64,000 nucleotides of DNA from contig CAXXSL010000011.1 of assembly GCA_963675525.2 (NCBI GenBank), positions 32,001 to 96,000 on the forward strand. Direction: 5' to 3'. The notes under the pieces are model-generated. The model saw nothing but the letters and a program-made list of their open reading frames with translations, was not told where the DNA came from and did not search any database. The position numbers and the translations under genes are program-made. Of this stretch, positions 52,863 to 62,718 are shown one piece after another; position 1 is the first letter of the stretch; each line of letters starts with the position of its first letter. This DNA comes from Anaerohalosphaeraceae bacterium (lineage in GTDB: Bacteria; Planctomycetota; Phycisphaerae; Sedimentisphaerales; Anaerohalosphaeraceae).

Positions 52863-54932
52863 TTATTTAATAAGTCCCCATGGGCTGAAGAGGAAGTAAA
52901 GAAGCAATGTTGCGACAACGACCAGAATACCCGCAACCATAGCGCCCTTTGAGGTATGAAGTTCAATCGTTGTATTCAATTTAAACTCGACCGGTTGCGC
53001 CAGTGGTTTAATCATAGTGATGAGAAGCATGACCAGAAGGCAGGCACCGAACGTGATAGCCATTCTGTTCAGGAAGTTCCCGATCAGCGTACTCATCATC
53101 GGATTGGCCATCAAATCGGTATTCAGCGAAACAAGCTTCAATGCTCCATAGACAGCCATATTCGTCAACAAGCCGAGCACGCCAGCCATGGGAGGAGCCT
53201 TATGCACTAATAAACCAAAGACAAACACCGCCAGAATACCCGGAGAAATGAACCCCTGGCCTTCTTGAATGATCGTAAAAATACTGTTACTGATTTTAGG
53301 GTCCCCAAGTTTGGGAGCCAGCAGAACCGCAACCACAGTGAAGACCACCACGCAGATACGTCCCAGTGAAACGATCGACTTTTGTGATGCCTGCGGACTA
53401 AGGTATTTCTTGAAGATGTCCATCGTAAAGATCGTCGACGCGGCATTCAACATCGCCGCCAGTGAACTGACAACAGCACCCAAAAGTGCCGCAAGCACAA
53501 AACCCGTGATCCCAACACCCTGCGGAAGAACGTTACCAAGCAGTTGAGCCAATGCGGTATCGTACTTATAAGCGATAAACTTTTCTGTCGATGTTTCCGC
53601 TCCGGCGGCCTTGGCCGCTGCTTCAGTTGCCGCATTATAAACTTCTAACTCCACAGCAAGCTGTGGAAACGTGCTTTTCCAGGCTTTATCTTCAGATATA
53701 AAGACCGGGTAACCGGAAACCGACAATGCGTTGTATTTTTCCTGAGTGATCGGAAGCACAAACGGATTGCGCCCTTTAACGGCTTTCATGACATCATCAT
53801 CGGCATAAACTGCGATCATAAATTTACCTGAGGGCCACGCCGTAATCGCCTCTTCCTCCGGAGACTGAACAACTTCAACTAACTCAGTGGCAGGGTTTGC
53901 CATCGCATACTTGCTGATGATAGGTGCATTATCAGACACTGCATCTGTCTGCATATTGCCAAAATACAGGTTAAAGGCAATGATGCCAGGAACAACGATC
54001 ACAAACGGAATCAAAAGTTTCATAAATGCCGAAAAGACAATACCCTTCTGTCCTTCAGCCAGCGATGCTGATCCTAACGTACGCTGTGTGATATATTGGT
54101 TCAAACCCCAGTAATAGAAGTTTGGAATCCACAACCCTAACAGCAAAGCGGTCCAGGGCAAAATGGAATCGGTTTTCGGCAGGAACATATTCATCCGAAT
54201 CTTATTCAATTCCCAGAACCTCTCAACAGAACCGGTTCCTTCTTCCAAGGTCATGCGTACAACTTCACCCGTTTTGATATCGACAACGTGGGCAGCTTCC
54301 GTCGCGTTCCCCAGCTTATCAAAAGCAAAGAACATGATAACGGCACCACCAATGATCAGGGCACTTCCCTGAATCAAATCGGCCCAGGCACAGGCTTTCA
54401 ACCCACCGGCAAACACATAAGCACCGGCGATTGCCCCAATGGCCAATGCGCCCCATTTCAAACCGATGCTGTACCCCATCTGGCCGGCCAATGAACTGAT
54501 CGTCAACGCGCCGGAATATGTTACTGCGCCCAGCAAGAGCATGTAAATACCCAGTGTTGCCAAAGCCATGATCAGGCGTGCCCACTGATTGTAACGATAC
54601 TCCAGGAATTCAGGCATGGTATAGATACCCGCCTTAAGAAAATACGGCAAGAAGCAAAATGCGACTACTACCAGCGTTATCGCCGCCATCCATTCATAAC
54701 TGGCAATTGCAAGGCCAACATGACTGGCCGCATTGCCGCTCATTCCCACAAATTGTTCCGTTGAAATGTTTGCGGCGATCAACGAGAAGCCGATCAGCCA
54801 CCACTTCAACCCGCGCCCTGCAAGAAAGTAGTCTTCGCCTGATTTCTCATGCCTGCTTTTCAGCATACCCAAACTGATAACGCTGACGACAAAGATAACA
54901 AACACGATCATGTCCCATATCCCAAATACCAT
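52863..54932 (-). CDS. Sodium:solute symporter (sugar SSS family) with a large hydrophilic insertion
   Basis: DYFLAGR, ANISTEQFVGMSG, YWGLNQYITQR, SSLAAMLNAASTIFT.D. Confidence 0.92.
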   Translation of the reverse strand: MVFGIWDMIVFVIFVVSVISLGMLKSRHEKSGEDYFLAGRGLKWWLIGFSLIAANISTEQFVGMSGNAASHVGLAIASYEWMAAITLVVVAFCFLPYFLKAGIYTMPEFLEYRYNQWARLIMALATLGIYMLLLGAVTYSGALTISSLAGQMGYSIGLKWGALAIGAIAGAYVFAGGLKACAWADLIQGSALIIGGAVIMFFAFDKLGNATEAAHVVDIKTGEVVRMTLEEGTGSVERFWELNKIRMNMFLPKTDSILPWTALLLGLWIPNFYYWGLNQYITQRTLGSASLAEGQKGIVFSAFMKLLIPFVIVVPGIIAFNLYFGNMQTDAVSDNAPIISKYAMANPATELVEVVQSPEEEAITAWPSGKFMIAVYADDDVMKAVKGRNPFVLPITQEKYNALSVSGYPVFISEDKAWKSTFPQLAVELEVYNAATEAAAKAAGAETSTEKFIAYKYDTALAQLLGNVLPQGVGITGFVLAALLGAVVSSLAAMLNAASTIFTMDIFKKYLSPQASQKSIVSLGRICVVVFTVVAVLLAPKLGDPKISNSIFTIIQEGQGFISPGILAVFVFGLLVHKAPPMAGVLGLLTNMAVYGALKLVSLNTDLMANPMMSTLIGNFLNRMAITFGACLLVMLLITMIKPLAQPVEFKLNTTIELHTSKGAMVAGILVVVATLLLYFLFSPWGLIK

Positions 54933-55104
54933 ACCGTCTACTCCTTAAAATTAAGTGTTCCTCAACTTATTTTTTGATTCTATCAAAAAAAATAATTGTT
55001 TTGTGAATTATCCCTATTTCATGCTTTTTATCAACAAAATTATTACAATGGGCCCTCTTAAACGGGCTCGATTCGTCTTGTTTTTTAAGTTTAGCCAACC
55101 TTGG

Positions 55105-56268
55105 TCATCCACGCGAAAACCGCTTGGACAGGCACACCACAAAAAGTGCCATCAGGCACGCTCCGCTGAGGGATTCGAACATTGTCACCACACGCGTCAA
55201 CCAATCACTGCCCGCCGGATAAATATCGCCCAATCCGAGCGTCGTAAACGTAATTGTGCTGAAATAGAGACCGTCAAATAGCCCCAGTTCACGTTGAGCA
55301 TCCGGACGATAGGTCAAATGGGCCAAATCGGAACAGTAAAAAAGACCGCACAGAAAAATGATCACCACACCAGCCGCTAAAACCCGTACAGGTCTTTCGC
55401 CATAGCCGAACAAAAACCTACCCAGAATCAATTCCGGCAGCAAACGTACGCCCAAAATCCAGCGCTGCAGTTTCTTCGCAGTCGAAAGTTTTTCATAAAA
55501 GGAACCGCGAAACTTCTGCCAGAAATGCGCGCACTGTTCATAGTAAAAACATTCGCCCGCCTGCTGGTAATATCCCGCCTCCTGACAAGCCTGTTTGATA
55601 AAACGCCAGAAACTTTCATCGTCTCCGTAATTTTTGCGCGTAAACGAAACTCCCTCGTACACCGGAACTGCTTTACTGCGCGAATGAACGGCCGCAAAAT
55701 CGCAGCGGTTCCGGAATTGGGCTCCCGTGAAATTCGAGCCTTTACCGAAACTCGAATTGGCGAAACGCGTATCGCCGCAAAACTGCGCCTCATTAAAAAG
55801 TCCATATCCTTCAAAAGTGGCCGTTCGCAACATCATCCGTTCATGAAAAACCGCATTGCGAAAACTGCAGACCCGACAGAATGTACAGCCGTCGAACCCG
55901 GCCAAACCTTTAAACTCGGCATTGCTGAAGCGGGTTTGACCGGCAAAAACAGAAGAATTGAACAGTACATCTTTTTCAAAAATAACCTTCAGGGCTTCCG
56001 GCTGCTCCCAGGGACCGGCGAATATAACATCGTTCTCAAACGTGCAGGAATTGAAAAACAACGATTGGGATAAAACCACGATATTCGTATCACCCTCTTT
56101 CAGTGTTTTAAGATGGTCAACCCGGTCAGAGGATCGCTCTGAAAAAAATGTATTCAAATCAAACGTGCCGCCGATCCGGCATCGAACCAAACGAATATCC
56201 TCACCTGCGCCAATCGCCTCAAGTAGTTCACCGGCGGTTAGTGTGGTGTTTTCTCGTTCAAATCCCAC
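55105..56268 (-). CDS. Pentapeptide-repeat protein with a C-terminal 2TM ion-channel pore domain
   Basis: Phe-periodic repeats (FSNAEF, FDGCTF, FRNAVF...); YGERP, LYFSTITFTTLGLGD pore, second TM helix. Confidence 0.85.
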   Translation of the reverse strand: MGFERENTTLTAGELLEAIGAGEDIRLVRCRIGGTFDLNTFFSERSSDRVDHLKTLKEGDTNIVVLSQSLFFNSCTFENDVIFAGPWEQPEALKVIFEKDVLFNSSVFAGQTRFSNAEFKGLAGFDGCTFCRVCSFRNAVFHERMMLRTATFEGYGLFNEAQFCGDTRFANSSFGKGSNFTGAQFRNRCDFAAVHSRSKAVPVYEGVSFTRKNYGDDESFWRFIKQACQEAGYYQQAGECFYYEQCAHFWQKFRGSFYEKLSTAKKLQRWILGVRLLPELILGRFLFGYGERPVRVLAAGVVIIFLCGLFYCSDLAHLTYRPDAQRELGLFDGLYFSTITFTTLGLGDIYPAGSDWLTRVVTMFESLSGACLMALFVVCLSKRFSRG

Positions 56269-56288
56269 CGCATTCCTTTCCGTGGAGA

Positions 56289-57254
56289 TTAATCCGGTTG
56301 TGCCTGCAAAACGGTTAAAATTTCCTCTTTTTTCGGAAGGGCATCCTGCAGCCCAAACCGGCTGCGCTGCAGATATTCGGCAGCAACCGCAAACCGAACC
56401 GCACGGTCCGGATCATCCCCCGTGCCCAGGCAGGCCGTCAAGGCCCCCGTAAACGCCGAATCACAACCTGTCTGATCCACCACTTCCCCGGCAATTCCCG
56501 GGATATGACGAGGACCCTGTCGATCAATGACTAGTGCCCCGCTCCAGCCAAGGCTGATGATGACACATTGGGCACCTTTGGCGATCAATTCCGTACCGAT
56601 AAATTTCAGATCCCCTTCTCCGCCTGAACCGAGTTCCGAAGCGCACATCAATCCTTTAAAGCGAAGAATGATGAAATCAGCATTGTAAAATTCCATGGGC
56701 CAGTCCAGCAAATGCACCGCCTCCCGTTCAGCCTTGGGGAGTTTGGCTTTCAATATCACACGTGATTTATGAATTTGAGCCGTACGGATCGCCGCAACCG
56801 CCGCCTCAACAGGAATCGCGTCATCCACCAGAACAGCGTTGGCTGAACCGATCAATTGCTCCGCTGCGGCGTATTCGATCTCGTCCCGACCCAGAACACG
56901 ATTGGCACCGGCGGAACGACAACTGCTATTATCGCCCCGTCCATCTACAACCGTCATAATAACTCCCGTACTCATCGCATTCGTGGGATAAATCAGGTCC
57001 GTATAGATTTGGTGACGCCGTAAATTCTGGCGAATCATGTCCCCGAGACAATCCTGACCGACACGAGCCAGTAAATAAGTTTCACATCCGCATAAAGCGA
57101 TCTGGATCGCTTCGTTAACCCCTGCACCCGTCGGCACACACGTAAAACTCGACCCCTCGGTAACCTTTCCGGAAGAAGGATGTTCGTCGCATTTCATCGC
57201 CATATCCACATAAGCCGATCCGACGACAATGATCTTGGGAATCCGTTCTAACAT
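56289..57254 (-). CDS. PfkB/ribokinase-fold protein with degenerate catalytic motifs
   Basis: VVGS..D, GxGxN-like GAGVNEA, VGQD, TG, GAN, ISLG..GA, VDQTGCDSAF; GGAG RBS. Confidence 0.85.
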   Translation of the reverse strand: MLERIPKIIVVGSAYVDMAMKCDEHPSSGKVTEGSSFTCVPTGAGVNEAIQIALCGCETYLLARVGQDCLGDMIRQNLRRHQIYTDLIYPTNAMSTGVIMTVVDGRGDNSSCRSAGANRVLGRDEIEYAAAEQLIGSANAVLVDDAIPVEAAVAAIRTAQIHKSRVILKAKLPKAEREAVHLLDWPMEFYNADFIILRFKGLMCASELGSGGEGDLKFIGTELIAKGAQCVIISLGWSGALVIDRQGPRHIPGIAGEVVDQTGCDSAFTGALTACLGTGDDPDRAVRFAVAAEYLQRSRFGLQDALPKKEEILTVLQAQPD

Positions 57255-57457
57255 ATCCGCTCCATTTATAATCCATAAAGAATGTTCAATAATATACCTA
57301 ATAATTAGCACCCTGAAAAGGGTTTTTCTCTATTTCAAGACATTTAATTCAATTCGAATAGTAAGCATAACATTTGAGATTTCACACTATTTTTGTCGAT
57401 TTATCCGTATTTCTCCATTATATTGAACGTGTGTAATATTTAAGACAGGAAGACAAC

Positions 57458-59260
57458 GTGAAACATTATCAGGTCCATTTTCAACCCGATGACATAAAAG
57501 TTATGATCCATCATGGCGCAACGCTCCTGGAGGCCGCCGGATTAGTGGGGATCATTCTGACGACGCCTTGCGGCGGCGTGGGACGTTGCGGTAAATGCTG
57601 CGTCCAATTATTGCCCTCCAAAAAGGATGTATTGGCCTGCCAATTCCGCATTGAACACGACCTTGAAGTGTACATCCCGGATTCGAGCCGTTTTTTCAAA
57701 CAAAAGATACTCGAACATGCCATCAGCCGAGAAGTTGATTCGGACCCCGTGATTCAAAAGATCTTTATTGCCCAATCTCCCTCCGGAATCCAACAGTTAT
57801 GCCAACAGATTTTCGGCATCATTCAAGCCCCCTGTATCATCGATACGGTACACTCTGACGGCATACAGGAAAAACTCGCCGTCAACACGGAAAACGGCGT
57901 AACCGCTCTGATTGCCTGTCGACAAGACGCCAACGCAATTCAATGGTCTGTCATGGATATTGAAGAAGGCGATACAACGGACACTCTATTCGGCATCGCA
58001 GTCGATATCGGCACAACAACCGTCGTCGCCCGCCTGATCGAACTGCAAAAAGCCCGAATTGTCGCAACGGTTTCTGCCGGCAATCCCCAGGCACAATATG
58101 GCGCAGATGTCATCAGCCGAATCGCACACGCCGAGACAGAACTGGGGCTTGATACACTGAACAAATCGATCATTTCATGCCTGAACAGCCTCATCGAAAA
58201 GGTATGCCGAAAAGTGGATATCCAGCCAAATGACATCTACGAATTGACGGTTGCCGGGAATACAACCATGAATCACCTCCTCTTAAAATACCCCCTCCGT
58301 CAACTGGGGCAAGCCCCCTACAAGGCCTATTCACTTGAGGCATCCGACCAGAACCCCGGCAACATCGGCGTGCAAATCAATCCGGCCGGAAATATACACA
58401 TCCTGCCGAATCTTTCTGGATTTGTCGGGGCCGATACGATCGCGGCCACACTGGCCTGCGGGATGGACGCGACCGAGGCGGCAACACTCTTAGTTGATAT
58501 TGGAACAAACGGCGAAATTGTCTACGGCACAAAAGATACCCTGGTTGCCGCCAGTTGCGCCGCCGGTCCCGCATTGGAGGGCGCAGAAATTGAATTCGGA
58601 AGCCGAGCTCAAACAGGGGCCATCGAAAGAGTTGTCTTTGAGGAAAAAGACATTGATGTTGATGTGATCGATCAAGCCGAAGCGGTTACTATCTGCGGCA
58701 GCGGGCTCATTGATGCGGTTGCGATCATGCTCGATTTAGGGATTATTGAGCCGACAGGACGTTTTACAGACCCCCTTGAACATGACCCGATGATGTCGGC
58801 AAAGATCAAAAGACGCCTTACCACCTATGAAAATGCCCCGGCGTTTGTTTTGTCAGGTAAATACAACAACGGCACTTGGGACCATGCCGTCATGATGACC
58901 CAAAAAGATGTCCGCCAGATTCAACTTGCCAAGGCGGCGATTCGGGCAGGAATTTCACTCTTGCTCAGAAAAACAGCCCATGATGAGTCTCAGATTCAGA
59001 AAATTCTGCTGGCCGGGGCCTTTGGCAATTATATCCAGAGAGAAAATGCCGTACGGATCGGACTGTTGCCGAATGTGCCTGTCGAGAAAATACATTTTGT
59101 TGGAAATGCGGCCGGAACAGGTGCCCAAATGGTACTCACCAGCCGATCTGCCCGAAATTTAGCCAAAAAACTGGCCCAAAAAATTGAATATCTCGAAATT
59201 GCCCATCAATCCGAATTTCAGATGGTTTTTAGCGAATGCCTCTTCTTCCCCGAAAAATAA
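57458..59260 (+). CDS. ASKHA ATPase / 2Fe-2S reductive activator of corrinoid proteins (RACo, DUF4445)
   Basis: CGGVGRCGKC..LACQ, DIGTTTV, GADVISRI, DIGTNGE, CAAGPALEG, LAGAFG. Confidence 0.92.
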   Translation: MKHYQVHFQPDDIKVMIHHGATLLEAAGLVGIILTTPCGGVGRCGKCCVQLLPSKKDVLACQFRIEHDLEVYIPDSSRFFKQKILEHAISREVDSDPVIQKIFIAQSPSGIQQLCQQIFGIIQAPCIIDTVHSDGIQEKLAVNTENGVTALIACRQDANAIQWSVMDIEEGDTTDTLFGIAVDIGTTTVVARLIELQKARIVATVSAGNPQAQYGADVISRIAHAETELGLDTLNKSIISCLNSLIEKVCRKVDIQPNDIYELTVAGNTTMNHLLLKYPLRQLGQAPYKAYSLEASDQNPGNIGVQINPAGNIHILPNLSGFVGADTIAATLACGMDATEAATLLVDIGTNGEIVYGTKDTLVAASCAAGPALEGAEIEFGSRAQTGAIERVVFEEKDIDVDVIDQAEAVTICGSGLIDAVAIMLDLGIIEPTGRFTDPLEHDPMMSAKIKRRLTTYENAPAFVLSGKYNNGTWDHAVMMTQKDVRQIQLAKAAIRAGISLLLRKTAHDESQIQKILLAGAFGNYIQRENAVRIGLLPNVPVEKIHFVGNAAGTGAQMVLTSRSARNLAKKLAQKIEYLEIAHQSEFQMVFSECLFFPEK

Positions 59261-59383
59261 CGGAATGTAAAATGACCCCAAATACCGCCATTTTGCATTC
59301 CGCTTGAACACACCATATGAAAACATTGCAGATCAATTGCACACAATTCTCACGGGCAAATAATCTACAATAACAGTCTTTTT

Positions 59384-59464
59384 TTAGCCTATTTTATTGC
59401 GAACTTTCCAGCGTGCGCGTCTTTTCTTACTGCCGATTTTACGTCTGCGTCGTGGTTTAGCCAT
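59384..59464 (-). CDS. Unannotated 26-aa highly basic peptide MAKPRRRRKIGSKKRRARWKVRNKIG
   Basis: AGGAG RBS; upstream TTGCAA-16-TATAAT; 13 of 26 residues are K/R. Confidence 0.7.
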   Translation of the reverse strand: MAKPRRRRKIGSKKRRARWKVRNKIG

Positions 59465-59577
59465 TCATTTCTCCTGTATAAGGTTTCTTGCTTTTCAAAC
59501 TATAGGTAAACCGTTATTATAGAAGATTATGAAAAGATTGCAAGAAGTGGTATAAATTTTCTTTATAGGGGAAAATT

Positions 59578-59883
59578 ATGATACAATGTGCCGATTGCGA
59601 GTATTACGAACAGGATTCCGCGGGCCGGCGTATCTTCCGGTGTGACCCTTTCACGAATATCAAGGAGCCGGAATGCCTGATGAAGTGGCAAATGCTCAGG
59701 CTCGATCTGCTCGTTGCTCATTATCAAAAAATGCTTTCATGGCAGGAAAAAATGGGGCCCATGCAGGACAAGTTATTCAAATTCGTCAAGCGGGAGTTAG
59801 ACGATATTGATGAGGCAGAACAGTGGAAATTGCAGGATGATGACTTTGCGGAGGACCCGCCCCGGGAACCTCCAGTAATCTAA
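59578..59883 (+). CDS. Hypothetical protein (CxxC, further Cys residues, acidic tail)
   Basis: 101 aa ORF, AGGGG RBS, protein-like composition. Confidence 0.75.
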   Translation: MIQCADCEYYEQDSAGRRIFRCDPFTNIKEPECLMKWQMLRLDLLVAHYQKMLSWQEKMGPMQDKLFKFVKRELDDIDEAEQWKLQDDDFAEDPPREPPVI

Positions 59884-60022
59884 CGTATTTATAAAACAGG
59901 CGGTTAGACGCACATACTGTGTGATTTTTTTTGAATAAACAGCCTCATTTTTCTATGGAAACAAAACACATTATGCAATAAAGAAATAAAAACTGACGTT
60001 TTAATTATGAAATAACCGTGAA

Positions 60023-60556
60023 ATGACCGAGCCGCCGGAGCTTGAAAATCTTATCGAAAAGTGCAAAAAAGGCGACAAAGAAGCATTCAATGAGCTGATT
60101 GAACGGTATTCGAATCGCTGTTATGCTTATTTTTACAGATTGACCGGACAGGCTCATCTCAGCGATGAACTATTCAGCGATCTATCTATCCGATTGGTGA
60201 AAAAAATACATTCGTTCCAGAAAGGCTCGTTTGAAAAATGGCTTTTTACGGTTGCCTCGAACCTGTTTAAGGATTATCTAAGGCGGCAATACAGGCAAAA
60301 AAAGATTATCGAGCAAAAAGCCTTTCAGCTCCTGCAATCGAACGACGAAAAAAAGAATACAGGCGAGGTATTTGATAAACTGCAACTGGCGATTGAAAAA
60401 CTCGATCCGGATACGGCCGAGCTCGTTACGATGCGATATTATGGACAGTTAAGTTTTAAAGAACTCGCGGAAATACGAAATGAACCGATCGGTACCACCC
60501 TTTCAAAGGTCCATCGGGGTGTTAATAAACTACGCCGGATTATGGAGACGTTATGA
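60023..60556 (+). CDS. ECF RNA polymerase sigma factor
   Basis: Region 2 (GDKEAF, F..WLFTVASN), region 4 (LSFKELAE...IGTTLSKVHRG). Confidence 0.92.
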   Translation: MTEPPELENLIEKCKKGDKEAFNELIERYSNRCYAYFYRLTGQAHLSDELFSDLSIRLVKKIHSFQKGSFEKWLFTVASNLFKDYLRRQYRQKKIIEQKAFQLLQSNDEKKNTGEVFDKLQLAIEKLDPDTAELVTMRYYGQLSFKELAEIRNEPIGTTLSKVHRGVNKLRRIMETL

Positions 60557-61065
60557 ACCATAAGAATGAAAATCTTGAGCAACTGCTGCGGCAATTTGTC
60601 AATGAGGCACAGGCCCGTGACATGGCCGATGATATCCGTCAGGCAGATACTCTTTTTGAAAAGTATCCCGCACCCTCTGCTGACAGGGAAACAATCGAAG
60701 CAATTCATCACAACGTCGGCCGTCAGCTTGAGCTGAATCGGCGACTTCATACAAAACTTCCGTATTTCAGTGCCGCCGCAGTCGCCGTCATCCTGCTGGC
60801 AGGGATGTTAATTCTGCGTTCCGATATAAAGCGAATGAATAACACCCATCCGCTTCAGGCCGTCGCTGCCAATGAGTTCTGGTCGGAATTGAACTCGTTT
60901 GAAACCTCTATGGCAGATATTGACAGTGAGATCAGCAACCTGTCTGAAACAATTAATACGATGGATTCCGGCACTTTTGAGCCGTTCAATCCGCTAAAGT
61001 TGAATATCACCGAGTTAGACGAAATCGAATCCATCACTAACAGTACGGAGTTCTGGAAGGGTTAA
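60553..61065 (+). CDS. Putative single-pass anti-sigma factor
   Basis: ATGA overlap with the ECF gene; central TM helix. Confidence 0.7.
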   Translation: MNHKNENLEQLLRQFVNEAQARDMADDIRQADTLFEKYPAPSADRETIEAIHHNVGRQLELNRRLHTKLPYFSAAAVAVILLAGMLILRSDIKRMNNTHPLQAVAANEFWSELNSFETSMADIDSEISNLSETINTMDSGTFEPFNPLKLNITELDEIESITNSTEFWKG

Positions 61066-61069
61066 ATAA

Positions 61070-61768
61070 ATGAGATACGGAATGTTAATCGTCATTGGAC
61101 TCTCATTGTTCTGTTTATCACTGATTCTGTTGCCGGGCCTTGCTTTTGCCGAGCAAGCCGCCGAGCAGGATAAGCAGGCAAAGGCAGAGGCGGCTAAACC
61201 CGCCGAGAAACCGGCTTTGGTCAATGATAAAAGTCCTGATGTTAATCAACAGCCGGATAATGACAAGTGGAAAGAGCAGCTTGACAAACGGCATGTCTAT
61301 TTCATTGAGTGGCTTCAGAAAAACTTTCCGAAAAAGGCCAATGAGCTTTTGACGGTTTTCAATAAACAGCCCGAACAGTTTACCGAGAAACTGGATAAAA
61401 TCAAAGAAGTTTACGGCCCCATCCTGCGTGAAGAAAGATACCATCCTGATCTGGCAGTCGTCATGCGGGAAGACCTGAAACTGCAGGACCGGCGGGACCA
61501 GTTGCTCCGTGAAATCGGTCTTGCCAAAGATGAGGATAAGCCGGAACTGTTCAAGCAGCTTAAAGAACTCGTATCTGCCCGGTTTGACAATCTCATTCAG
61601 CAAAAACAACTTCAGTATGAATATACAATCAAACGTCTTGAGAGAGTCAAGCAGCAACTGGACGAGCGCGGCAAAGAATTGGAGAAATTGAAAGCCGAAA
61701 AAAACGACTCGGTCGAAAAACGGTTAAAAGAGCTGACCGAGCAGAACGAAAAGATCAACTGGAAATGA
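61070..61768 (+). CDS. Exported helical/coiled-coil hypothetical protein
   Basis: Signal peptide ending AFA, charged helical sequence; third gene of the ECF unit. Confidence 0.75.
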   Translation: MRYGMLIVIGLSLFCLSLILLPGLAFAEQAAEQDKQAKAEAAKPAEKPALVNDKSPDVNQQPDNDKWKEQLDKRHVYFIEWLQKNFPKKANELLTVFNKQPEQFTEKLDKIKEVYGPILREERYHPDLAVVMREDLKLQDRRDQLLREIGLAKDEDKPELFKQLKELVSARFDNLIQQKQLQYEYTIKRLERVKQQLDERGKELEKLKAEKNDSVEKRLKELTEQNEKINWK

Positions 61769-61801
61769 ATGATTCTCCGGCGGGGAGAACTCTGTAACAT
61801 T

Positions 61802-61836
61802 AGCCCGGCATTTAAAAAAAACGTCCGGGCTTTTTT
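61802..61836. terminator. Possible terminator between convergent genes
   Basis: agcccgg...ccgggct followed by a T run. Confidence 0.45.
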
Positions 61837-62683
61837 ATGGGTGCCTTTGCCGCTGCTCACGCTGTGTGGCTTCCTGCAGCATATTCTTTTCTTTTTCGCT
61901 GAGACTGTTGATCCCTTCACGATGGACCTTTTCAAGGATTCGGTCCACTTCCTGCTGAAACCGCTGTTCCTGCTGCATCTTTTGAGCCCAGGCACCTTTA
62001 CTGCGTTCCATCCGAAACCGCGTCAGCCATGGTTTATATTTCACATACAAAAAACCCACCGCCAGGCCCGAAAAATGAGCTACTTCCCCGCCTACGTTTT
62101 TACCCGCCGCAACATTCATCAGACTCATGATCACTACCAGCACCACCAGCCAAACCATGGTCATTGGGATAATCCCCCAGAGCAGAACTTTTAACCGGGG
62201 ATACATCACCGCAATGGCCGCCATCATTCCAAAAAGTCCGCCGGAAGCGCCGACCATGATACCGGCAGGAAGAATTCTCAGCAGAACCAGCAGGGTATAA
62301 ATAATTCCTCCGGCGGCACCGGCAGACAGGTAGAACTTCAAAAACGCCTTGCTGCCCCATTGCCGTTCCAATATCGGGCCAAAGAAAAAAAGCACGATCA
62401 TGTTAAAAACCAAATGCCAGATCAAATCCGGATCGTGCAGGAACTGATACGTTACCAGCCGCCAGACCTGAATCGCATGAACGAATGAATCGGGCAGAAC
62501 CGCCCCGTACTTATAAATATATTGTCCAAAGCTTTCATACGTCAGCACCGCAATAATATAAATCGCAAAATTGCTGATCAGCAACCACTTGACGACCGGC
62601 GGAAGCCCTCTGAAACCACCGCCCATGTTATATTGCTGTCCGTATCCTTCCGGTCGAGCGTAATCTCTGTCATAAATTCCCAT
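61835..62683 (-). CDS. Rhomboid intramembrane serine protease with a C-terminal helical domain
   Basis: WRLVTYQFLH, HLVFNM, GASG, AHFSG; VDRILEKV..EG..SLS..EK tail. Confidence 0.93.
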   Translation of the reverse strand: MGIYDRDYARPEGYGQQYNMGGGFRGLPPVVKWLLISNFAIYIIAVLTYESFGQYIYKYGAVLPDSFVHAIQVWRLVTYQFLHDPDLIWHLVFNMIVLFFFGPILERQWGSKAFLKFYLSAGAAGGIIYTLLVLLRILPAGIMVGASGGLFGMMAAIAVMYPRLKVLLWGIIPMTMVWLVVLVVIMSLMNVAAGKNVGGEVAHFSGLAVGFLYVKYKPWLTRFRMERSKGAWAQKMQQEQRFQQEVDRILEKVHREGINSLSEKEKNMLQEATQREQRQRHP

Positions 62684-62718
62684 AGGTTCCTCTAAATGAT
62701 TTCATCTTGTTCGCATTA

